The position numbers and the translations under genes are program-made. This document shows, piece by piece, positions 18,517-26,295 of a stretch of 33,143 nt of DNA. The notes beneath the pieces are model-generated. The model did no database searches, had not been told where the DNA came from, and saw nothing but the letters and a program-made list of their open reading frames with translations. The stretch's first letter is position 1; the number at the start of each line of letters is the position of its first letter. The stretch is taken from positions 1 through 33,143 of the IMG/VR virus record IMGVR_UViG_3300025782_000043; one strand, 5' to 3'. This stretch comes from a virus (lineage: Duplodnaviria > Caudoviricetes).

Positions 18517-18933
18517 ATGGAACATTGTAATGATTTTAGTAAAGACCTAACTTTCGGGAACGAAGGTGAAAGAGAAGTAGCCGAAAAGATATTCGAAAGA
18601 CCTGTGAACTCAATTGAGGTAAAAAAAGATAAGGTTGCCAACGCAACAGGTAATATTTTTTTAGAATACGAAAGTAGGGGTAAATTGAGCGGTATTATGA
18701 AAACTGAGGCAGAGGTAATATTCTATGCAATTGATGAATTTCCTGGTGGTATCTATTTGTACGCTGATGGCGCAAGAGAAATCATCGAACATTATAAACC
18801 GACATTAACACGAGTAGGTGGAGATAACGATACAAGTAAAGGAATATTGATTAACATAACACAATTATTTACTACGAATTTGAGAAGAATAAATCATATA
18901 AAAAATCTATTCAAATCTAAAGAAACAGTTTAA
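18517..18933 (+). CDS. PD-(D/E)XK nuclease-like phage protein
   Basis: F..DL.FG..GE, IEVKKD, TGNIFLEY..RGK.SGI..T.A, GGD...SKG.L pattern. Confidence 0.6.
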   Translation: MEHCNDFSKDLTFGNEGEREVAEKIFERPVNSIEVKKDKVANATGNIFLEYESRGKLSGIMKTEAEVIFYAIDEFPGGIYLYADGAREIIEHYKPTLTRVGGDNDTSKGILINITQLFTTNLRRINHIKNLFKSKETV

Positions 18934-18936
18934 AAC

Positions 18937-18969
18937 AAAAAAACCCCCGATTTCTCGAGGGTTTTTTTT
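18937..18969. terminator. Bidirectional Rho-independent terminator
   Basis: A7-CCCCCGA-TTTC-TCGAGGG-T8 between convergent genes 18933 and 18986. Confidence 0.85.
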
Positions 18970-18985
18970 ATGATACCAATTAAGA

Positions 18986-20734
18986 TTATCTTAATGTATT
19001 CAAATCGAACACTTGGATACCTTGTACATTAATCACACCAAAGTAACGGTTGTTTACCATTTTCTTCGCGTAACGAGTCATGATACCTTTGATTGGTGTC
19101 ATTGTAAATGGATTGTACATTGTTGGAGTTAATTGTAAAGGTACATATGGAGCGTAGATATAACCTGCGTCTAATAATGACTTACCTTTGTGTCCAATCA
19201 AAATTCTGTTTGGAGGGAAGTAAGGGTCACGATAAACTTGGTAACGACCACCTAAAGTACCGATTTTTTCAATACCCATGTTGTATTGATCTTGCTCAGG
19301 TTGAGCATTTGAAACGTGGAAATATTCTAAGTCATCGAATACTGCAGAAACTTCTGAAGAAACAACTACCCAGTTTGCACCACCTCTCAAGGTTGTTTTA
19401 TGGATTTGAGCTGAAATTTGGTTGATTTTTGTAACCAATGTTTGGTTCCAGTCTTTTTGTGTATATGACTGTAACGTGTTACCATTGTTTCCACCATATT
19501 TCCATCCGTTGTAGTCCCACTTAGCAGTCCAAGCAGCACCTTTTCTAAGGTCACGTAAAATTTCACGGTCAACCTCAGCAGCGATTTGCTCAGATAATAA
19601 AGCTGTTAATTCAGCTTCAGCATCGATGTTATGGAACGCACTAACGTCTTGAGCCAATTCAGGAGACCATGTAGCTCTTAATTTTCTTTCAGTTACAGAA
19701 ACTGTTACTGATTGTAAATCAAAAGAAACCTCACCAATTTGATCTTCGAATTCTAAAGTATCATAAGTTCTGAAACTTAATGAAACACTTGATAACGCAA
19801 AACTACTTGGTAAAGCAGTTGTAGTGAAACCTGATAATGGAGAATATCCTTGTAAGTCAATTTGAACATACATTGAACCAACTTGGTCAACGTAGTCGTT
19901 ATACGTACCTGTAGGGAAGCTATTGTTTACAGTAGCTTTTTGACCGTACTCAACAATACCTTTACCGTATTTTTGAGTTACAATGTTAAAAGGAACTGCA
20001 ACTGCACCGCTACCAAAGTTAACGTTAACTGTTGTTGAAGCCAAAAACTCTTCAGTATCCATCACCATACCGTTTGGTCCAATCAATTGACCTTCAGCAG
20101 TTGTAGAGAAACCTGTGAACTGACCGATAAGGTAAGAAGGAGTTGAAGTACCAGTGATTGTTGTGATATCTACAGTTGTACCAGAACCGTTGCTGAAAGC
20201 AATGATTGCACCTGGATTCAAAGTAGTTGAAGTGTATTGACCTTTAGAGTAATCAAACAAACCAGTGTTAGGATCGTCACCAGCACCACTCTCGTAAAAA
20301 CGATCGTATAAGTTTCTTGGATCAGTATATCCTTCTTCAGGAGTTGTTGAGATACTTGGATATCCATAAGGATCATAATGCGCGCCACTATTCTTTCTAT
20401 CCTGAATTTTAGGAATGAAGTAGAATAATTTACCGATAGGTAAGTTCATAGCTTGTACAGACACGATGTCGTTAGCTAATAATTTAGAGAACACACGACG
20501 AATGATAGGGAAAACCACAGTCTCGAAAGAACCAGATGAGTCAGACACAGCTGCCTCATTGATTAAATAAGATGCTTGGTTTTCGTATAATTGTGCGATG
20601 TTATCTTTTTGGTGACCGTCAAGACCTTCTAAAAAGCCTAAATCGTCCCATTTTTTGATGGTATCTTCTTTGATAACTCTCAAGTGTTTTAACCCGATGT
20701 TACCAACCATACCTGATTCTAATAATGCTCCCAT
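18986..20734 (-). CDS. Major capsid protein (T4 gp23-like)
   Basis: LYENQ, PIIRRVF..L.A.DIVSVQAM..P.G, RKLRATWSPELAQD....H.IDAE.EL...LS..I..EVDREI, DAGYIYAPYVPL, PIKGIMTRY. Confidence 0.97.
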   Translation of the reverse strand: MGALLESGMVGNIGLKHLRVIKEDTIKKWDDLGFLEGLDGHQKDNIAQLYENQASYLINEAAVSDSSGSFETVVFPIIRRVFSKLLANDIVSVQAMNLPIGKLFYFIPKIQDRKNSGAHYDPYGYPSISTTPEEGYTDPRNLYDRFYESGAGDDPNTGLFDYSKGQYTSTTLNPGAIIAFSNGSGTTVDITTITGTSTPSYLIGQFTGFSTTAEGQLIGPNGMVMDTEEFLASTTVNVNFGSGAVAVPFNIVTQKYGKGIVEYGQKATVNNSFPTGTYNDYVDQVGSMYVQIDLQGYSPLSGFTTTALPSSFALSSVSLSFRTYDTLEFEDQIGEVSFDLQSVTVSVTERKLRATWSPELAQDVSAFHNIDAEAELTALLSEQIAAEVDREILRDLRKGAAWTAKWDYNGWKYGGNNGNTLQSYTQKDWNQTLVTKINQISAQIHKTTLRGGANWVVVSSEVSAVFDDLEYFHVSNAQPEQDQYNMGIEKIGTLGGRYQVYRDPYFPPNRILIGHKGKSLLDAGYIYAPYVPLQLTPTMYNPFTMTPIKGIMTRYAKKMVNNRYFGVINVQGIQVFDLNTLR

Positions 20735-20757
20735 TTTGTTGTATTGTTTTTTTTTTA

Positions 20758-22146
20758 TTATTTTATTTTTGACATCAAATCTTTCATTCTTTTGAATTGT
20801 GGATTTTCATAAGCTTTAGCTTCTGAAAGCACTTCACTAGATGAAGATTGTGGAGTCGCAGAGATTTTACTAATAACTGATTCGGTAACTGTAGTTTTTG
20901 TACCTAATTCAGTTTTTATTGTGTTATACAAACCTTTAGATTCGTTTAACGTAGAAGCTGAATCAAATCTCTTAAGAATATTCATCTTCTCTTGTTTTGT
21001 TGTTGAATGTTCAGTGAATAAACGAGTTGCGTAAGCAAGATTCGCATTAAACACAGCTACTTCATTTAATTTTTCTTTGAAAAGAACTAAAGCTTTTTTA
21101 TACTCAGCATTTTGTTTCTTTAAAGTTTCAACTTGTCCTTTTAATTCAGACTCGTTCATTTCTTCTCTTTTGTTTCCTGCGTAAGCAACTTTTTTACTTT
21201 TTAAACCACCGTGATATCCGTGACCAAGAGTACGTGAATTTTCATCCATATCTTGTTCTTTTGATTCCTTTGGTTCAGTTTTGTGACCACCTTTCAATAC
21301 ATCACCTTTTTTGGCTTTTGTAAAAGGTTCATCGTCACCAACCTTACCTGCGTGAGGAGCTGGATCGGCGTGTTTTTTATCTTCTTTGAATCCACTGGAT
21401 TGTTTTTTGTATTTGAATTCATCAGGATGGTTACCCTTAGCTCCTGCGTATTCTTCTTCATCCATTTCGATTTCGTACATTGACTCTTCTTCAGCTGGCA
21501 TTTCTTCTTCACCCATATCACCATTGGTTTGGAAATTTCCTTCCATTGGTGCCATAGAATCAGTAGAACCCTCCCAATTTTCGTCAGCTTCCATTTCTGG
21601 TTCAGCTTCTTCGTCATCTAATTTGATGATATACTCATCCTCACCATCTTCAAATTCTAAATTTCCACCGTCCTTTTTAACTACGATACCATCTTCAGGT
21701 TTCATAGCTTTGAAAACTTTAAGAACTTCATCATCAGAAGCGTGAGTCATATCCATAGTATCGTGATCTTCTTCGTGACCAGCATCATCAAGATCATCCA
21801 TATCGGAATCACCTTCTTCTTCTGAATCAGAATCTAAATCATCAATACCTTTTGATGGTTCATTATCGAGGTCTTCTTCATCATTTTCAGCATCATCGTC
21901 GGCGCTAGCTTCTTCATCTTCGCCTTCTTCGTCTGACATATCATCTTTTTCCTCTTCTTCAGGAGCTTTCTCTTCTGGTTGTTCTTCCATTGGAGTCTCT
22001 TCCTCTTCTTCCATTGATTCTTTAAGCAAGTCGCTTAGTTCTTGTTTCATAGTTGAAGCAAGTATACCTTTTGCATTTTGCTTAACAGCTTCTTCAAGGT
22101 TTTGTACTTGAAGTAACGCTTGTTCTAAAATTGATTTTTCACTCAT
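20758..22146 (-). CDS. Prohead core/scaffold protein (gp22-like)
   Basis: Lies between protease and MCP; highly acidic middle, coiled-coil C-terminus (KLNEVAVFNANLAY), many LxE sites. Confidence 0.8.
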   Translation of the reverse strand: MSEKSILEQALLQVQNLEEAVKQNAKGILASTMKQELSDLLKESMEEEEETPMEEQPEEKAPEEEEKDDMSDEEGEDEEASADDDAENDEEDLDNEPSKGIDDLDSDSEEEGDSDMDDLDDAGHEEDHDTMDMTHASDDEVLKVFKAMKPEDGIVVKKDGGNLEFEDGEDEYIIKLDDEEAEPEMEADENWEGSTDSMAPMEGNFQTNGDMGEEEMPAEEESMYEIEMDEEEYAGAKGNHPDEFKYKKQSSGFKEDKKHADPAPHAGKVGDDEPFTKAKKGDVLKGGHKTEPKESKEQDMDENSRTLGHGYHGGLKSKKVAYAGNKREEMNESELKGQVETLKKQNAEYKKALVLFKEKLNEVAVFNANLAYATRLFTEHSTTKQEKMNILKRFDSASTLNESKGLYNTIKTELGTKTTVTESVISKISATPQSSSSEVLSEAKAYENPQFKRMKDLMSKIK

Positions 22147-22170
22147 TGTAAAAATTTTGTTTTGTTATCT

Positions 22171-22178
22171 TATAAATA
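22171..22178 (-). promoter_or_regulatory. TATTTATA motif upstream of scaffold-MCP operon
   Basis: Plus strand TATAAATA; 25 nt from TATTTAT to the start codon. Confidence 0.55.
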
Positions 22179-22232
22179 CTATGAAATTTATAAAAAATTA
22201 GTTTCTTTATATTTGTATCGTTAAAAAACCCC

Positions 22233-22916
22233 TTATTTTGCTAAAAAGCTGTTTAAATTGCCCATCAATCGTTTCATTCTATCTTCAACCACTGGTTTTT
22301 CTTCAACTGCTTCTTGATATTGTTCTCTATCCGCTAAGTCTTTGAAAACATACGCACCAGGAGTTGATGGTGATGATACCAAATCAAAACACACTAGTTC
22401 AAAATCATCTTGAACTATGTTTTCACCTTTAACTTGTTTTAATGAACCAACGCCACGAGAAGAAATACCTAATGTTGCACCATTCATTAATAGCATAGCA
22501 GCTTGATCACCTCTTGTGCTAACTATACCCATTTTTTTCCAACCTGGTGAAGTGTAAAGTTTTATTTTACCCATTAACATTTTACCTTCCCACCAAGTTT
22601 CTAAAATAGAATGTGATACTCTATCTAAATCAATTAGCGAAGATGAAGGGTGATTCAGCTCATTTAAAGCTGCACCTTTTTTTATAACGGCTTGGTATTT
22701 TTCATTCTCTCTTTTGAGAATGGCTTCGGGATAGATTCTCCCGTTTTTATTTGGAGTGTTGTATTTCTGTAAAACAGCATAAAGGATAAGGTCTTTTGAA
22801 AAGTCCATATCCTTCATTTCCTGTATTATTTGCTTATTTTCATCGGGGGAAACATGACCTGCGTCATATTCAACTAATATACCCCTACCGGTTTCTTTTG
22901 GTCCTAATACCTTCAT
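22233..22916 (-). CDS. Prohead protease (T4 gp21-like)
   Basis: NKNGRIYP, ELNHP (catalytic His), DRVSH, LGISSRGVGS (catalytic Ser), FDLVSSPSTPGA. Confidence 0.95.
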   Translation of the reverse strand: MKVLGPKETGRGILVEYDAGHVSPDENKQIIQEMKDMDFSKDLILYAVLQKYNTPNKNGRIYPEAILKRENEKYQAVIKKGAALNELNHPSSSLIDLDRVSHSILETWWEGKMLMGKIKLYTSPGWKKMGIVSTRGDQAAMLLMNGATLGISSRGVGSLKQVKGENIVQDDFELVCFDLVSSPSTPGAYVFKDLADREQYQEAVEEKPVVEDRMKRLMGNLNSFLAK

Positions 22917-22932
22917 TTATAGAATTTATCTC

Positions 22933-22940
22933 TATAAATA
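22933..22940 (-). promoter_or_regulatory. TATTTATA motif upstream of protease
   Basis: 17 nt from TATTTAT to the start codon. Confidence 0.5.
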
Positions 22941-22953
22941 CTTCAATAGTGGA

Positions 22954-23379
22954 CTATTTTTTTGTTTTGTAAAAATTAAATAACATTTTATCAGATAAAC
23001 CATCTTCAATAATGATTTCCATAATATTTTTCATCAAATTTTTAATTTCCTTCGTTTTGATATCGAATTTATCGTTAACATAAAGCGTTATCTCCAAATT
23101 CATAAATGACCTCTTTTCTAATTTAATACCTTTCGTTCTGATATCTAAATCAACAATATTTTCTTGTTTGAAATATGGATTTTTTAAATTATGAATCGAT
23201 GATTTAATTTTTCTTTTTGACTTGGAAATTATTGCATCGAAATCTTCAGTTTCATTTTCTGGTTGTAACCAAGAATTTAGTTTAAGATAAATGGTTTTAA
23301 GATTTTTGAAATCTACGGTACCATAACCGATTTTTACATCGTTGTAAGTACCGATGGGTATAAATTTACCTGTTTTCAT
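22954..23379 (-). CDS. Hypothetical protein
   Basis: 141-aa ORF within head module, divergent from bS21. Confidence 0.75.
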   Translation of the reverse strand: MKTGKFIPIGTYNDVKIGYGTVDFKNLKTIYLKLNSWLQPENETEDFDAIISKSKRKIKSSIHNLKNPYFKQENIVDLDIRTKGIKLEKRSFMNLEITLYVNDKFDIKTKEIKNLMKNIMEIIIEDGLSDKMLFNFYKTKK

Positions 23380-23418
23380 TAATTTTTTTCATTATAATCA
23401 CGTTTTATGGTGTAACGT

Positions 23419-23450
23419 AAAATATAAGAAATTTTATTTGTAATTCCAAA
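23419..23450 (-). promoter_or_regulatory. Possible Bacteroidota-type promoter for the 23379 gene
   Basis: Minus strand TTTG-N20-TATATTTT (one mismatch to TAnnTTTG). Confidence 0.4.
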
Positions 23451-23467
23451 AAATAATTATATATTTG
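23437..23467 (+). promoter_or_regulatory. Bacteroidota sigma70-type promoter for bS21
   Basis: TTTG (23437-23440)-N19-TATATTTG (23460-23467) matches the -33/-7 consensus TTTG-N19-21-TAnnTTTG. Confidence 0.65.
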
Positions 23468-23473
23468 TGAATA

Positions 23474-23480
23474 TATTTAT
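23474..23480 (+). promoter_or_regulatory. TATTTAT motif, 4 nt before bS21 ATG
   Basis: TATTTATTAGTATG. Confidence 0.55.
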
Positions 23481-23484
23481 TAGT

Positions 23485-23676
23485 ATGATTATTATTGATG
23501 TTACAAAAGAAAAAAGTATTGAAACTGCATTGAGAACTTATAAAAATAAAGTTCAAAAAACTAAGCAAGTTCAACAATTGAGGGACCGACAAGTATTTGT
23601 AAAACCTTCAGTTAAAAAAAGAACGGAAAGGTTAAAAGCGGTCTACGTACAACAAAAAAGAAATGGTCTCGATTAA
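23485..23676 (+). CDS. rpsU: Phage-encoded 30S ribosomal protein bS21
   Basis: 63 aa from ATG 23485: MIIIDV...SIETALRTYKNK...QLRDRQVFVKPSVKKR...KAVY, Bacteroidota-type bS21 pattern. Confidence 0.9.
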   Translation: MIIIDVTKEKSIETALRTYKNKVQKTKQVQQLRDRQVFVKPSVKKRTERLKAVYVQQKRNGLD

Positions 23677-24419
23677 TCAAGACCATTTTTTAATTCATTC
23701 AATCTGTAGTAATTGTATCGTGATGGATGCATTTGAGAAACCTCATCTTTTACCGCCTTTAATTTGTTGGATAAATCCGCGTCATTTGATTCACTTATAA
23801 GTGTTGATACTTGATTAATAATCGATTCCGATAATTCATTACTTTTAATAATTAAATCTTCGTAAGGAATTGATAAAATATTTTTTAACTCTTCTTTTTG
23901 TGATTCAGATAATGTGTTAGAATATAGTACGTTAAAGTTGTTTGCTAATACCGCATTTAATAAAGTTTCATTAGGAACTAACGTTGAGTCTTTTGATTCC
24001 TTAATTTCTTTTTTGGTTGTTAAATGTTCAACTAATTTCTTTTTAGCTTTAACTTTCTTTTCAATATTTGATAATAAGTTTTTTTCAGATAAAACATCTA
24101 AAGATTCGTATAATTCATTAGGTTGAGTTTTGATATCACTTAATTTACTTTTTAAAGATTCACAAAACATATTTAATTCATTCCAATTTCCTATTGGTTC
24201 ACCAAAATATGTACTTAAACCTTCAACATATAATTTTGCTATTTCTTTATCTTCAATATATTTGTTTTCAATTTCTTCATAAAACAAATACATTTCTTTA
24301 AAACTTTTGTTTTCTTTAATTGTTGTTAAAATATTTTTAATCTCAGCCTTGTTTTCATTGGCATAAGATTCAGTTAATTTAGTTAATAATTTGTTTTTTA
24401 TTGTACCGAATTTGTTCAT
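23673..24419 (-). CDS. Hypothetical helical protein of head module
   Basis: 248-aa ORF starting 2 nt after the portal stop. Confidence 0.75.
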   Translation of the reverse strand: MNKFGTIKNKLLTKLTESYANENKAEIKNILTTIKENKSFKEMYLFYEEIENKYIEDKEIAKLYVEGLSTYFGEPIGNWNELNMFCESLKSKLSDIKTQPNELYESLDVLSEKNLLSNIEKKVKAKKKLVEHLTTKKEIKESKDSTLVPNETLLNAVLANNFNVLYSNTLSESQKEELKNILSIPYEDLIIKSNELSESIINQVSTLISESNDADLSNKLKAVKDEVSQMHPSRYNYYRLNELKNGLD

Positions 24420-24421
24420 TT

Positions 24422-26257
24422 TTAATCGTTTAATAGATTGTTTAATTTATGTTCTATTTCATAAATATTCTGTTGAGCCTTTTCCATATCAAATAAATCT
24501 TTGAAATTTTCTTTTTCGTCACCCAACATTCCTAATATTTTAGATTTTTTAGTTTTTAAACCTTCGCTTAATGGTGCAGCTTCTTCGCCACCTGCAGTTG
24601 GTTCAGCTCCGCCCGATGGAGGTTCTGCTCCACCTGATGCTCCCCCTTCTGCTGGTGCAGCTGTACTTGCTTTAGCTTCCAATTTTTCTCTTTCTTCTTC
24701 AGGAATACCATATTTAGCATCAACATCATCGAATATACCTGAACGTCTAATGATTGTATTCGTAGCTGTTAATTCAGCACCTATAGCTCTTTCAAGACGT
24801 TGTTGTTGTAAATCAAGTATAACCTCACTATCACTGAAACCAAGGATATTTTTCTTAGCCCAAGTATGTGAAACTGGTAAAATACCAAGTTGAGACTGAT
24901 CAGAAGTTGCGTCTTTATAAAGAGTTATTTTTTCTTTCCATTGTTCAATTCTTAATAAATCAGATTGTGCTGATGGGTTAGTTAAAGATAAGGTGAAATT
25001 ATTCAATTCATCTTCTAATCCTAATAAGAATAAATGCATTAATGCAACTTTATTAAGTTCTTGAATTAATGATTTTTGTATTTTATTAATTGTTCTTGCA
25101 AAACGTATATCCATTAACGCAAGATTTTTACCATCACCAACCACTTCTTCAAAACCTAAAAATGCTTTTGGAATTCTAAGTGTTGCCAATAACTTTTTTT
25201 GGATGTATTCAATATCCGCAATTTCACCTAAATTCTGTGCTCCAGGTAATGTGTCAATTGGACTTGGTGCTGCCGGGTCACGAACAGGAATGAAATAATC
25301 TTGGTCTACAGACATTTGATTATATCTCATATCAACATTACCATTTGTTGGATCTGATACAGCTTGTCTTTTAAATTTATTGGCCACACGTTGTACATAT
25401 GGTTCAATATCTTTATCATCCATATTACCCACAAATATTTTAAAAATACGTCTTTCAGGAGCTCTTGATGTTCTATAGATTAACATAGCATCCTCAGCAA
25501 GTAATAATTGTTTCCATATTCTTCTTACCTTGTCAAGCATTGATGTACCATAAGGTAATTTTCTATCGTCACCTAATAATCTGAAGTGAGCAACTTCCCA
25601 AGATTGGAATTCTAAATCTTTATTTTTCCAAGTAAATCTTAATTCTCTTGTAGGTACCTTTATATCTCTTTGATTTGGAGTTTTAGATGCTGCGCCTTCA
25701 ATTCTTTCTATTTCAATATTCGGTAGTTGTTGACAACCAATGATACCTTTTTCAGGGTCAATTTTTAAATAAACAAAATCATCACCATACTTACACATAC
25801 CTCTTGCCCACATTTGTAAATTGGTATTTACATCCAATACATTATTGAATAAATCATTAAGGATATCTTTTACTCTATCTGATTCTGAAAATATTGTAAG
25901 GATTTCACCTTTTTCTGACATTGTTGTAGATTCCTCACCATATATGTCTAATGCTGCAGAAATCTCTGGTGTAAATTCCATAGATTCATAATCATAATAT
26001 GCTGATAATCTATTTGGTTCATAATAAACCGATTGATTGTATAAAGATTGGTCAAGTTTTGTCCATTTATCTGCAATGTATTGGCTTTGTTGCGCTTGCA
26101 ACATTGCTTTTTCATATTCTTCTCTACTATCCGTTTTTAATAACTCATCTTTACTAAAATTAATAGTTTGTTGTGGTTGAGGTCTTTTTTGACCTGGAAA
26201 ACCAAACATTCTGGTTAACTTCTGAAATACAGTTATATCTTGATTCTGATTAGCCAT
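24422..26257 (-). CDS. Portal protein (T4 gp20-like)
   Basis: YESME..PEISAALDI, PYGTSML...R.IWKQL.L.EDAMLIYR..RAPERR.F, DYFIPVR, IDTLPGAQNLG.I.DIEY...KL...L.IPK, DIRFARTI. Confidence 0.96.
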   Translation of the reverse strand: MANQNQDITVFQKLTRMFGFPGQKRPQPQQTINFSKDELLKTDSREEYEKAMLQAQQSQYIADKWTKLDQSLYNQSVYYEPNRLSAYYDYESMEFTPEISAALDIYGEESTTMSEKGEILTIFSESDRVKDILNDLFNNVLDVNTNLQMWARGMCKYGDDFVYLKIDPEKGIIGCQQLPNIEIERIEGAASKTPNQRDIKVPTRELRFTWKNKDLEFQSWEVAHFRLLGDDRKLPYGTSMLDKVRRIWKQLLLAEDAMLIYRTSRAPERRIFKIFVGNMDDKDIEPYVQRVANKFKRQAVSDPTNGNVDMRYNQMSVDQDYFIPVRDPAAPSPIDTLPGAQNLGEIADIEYIQKKLLATLRIPKAFLGFEEVVGDGKNLALMDIRFARTINKIQKSLIQELNKVALMHLFLLGLEDELNNFTLSLTNPSAQSDLLRIEQWKEKITLYKDATSDQSQLGILPVSHTWAKKNILGFSDSEVILDLQQQRLERAIGAELTATNTIIRRSGIFDDVDAKYGIPEEEREKLEAKASTAAPAEGGASGGAEPPSGGAEPTAGGEEAAPLSEGLKTKKSKILGMLGDEKENFKDLFDMEKAQQNIYEIEHKLNNLLND

Positions 26258-26260
26258 GTA

Positions 26261-26268
26261 TATAAATA
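26261..26268 (-). promoter_or_regulatory. TATTTATA motif, 4 nt between TATTTAT and portal ATG
   Basis: Minus strand GTATTTATATACATG. Confidence 0.55.
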
Positions 26269-26295
26269 CTTTTGATTATAATATAAACAATTTAA

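Noticed and set aside
14704-23484. Track start sites TTG 14704, TTG 16492 and GTG 23467
   Set aside because: In-frame ATGs at 14725, 16579 and 23485 fit better with upstream motifs, gene spacing and bS21 length.
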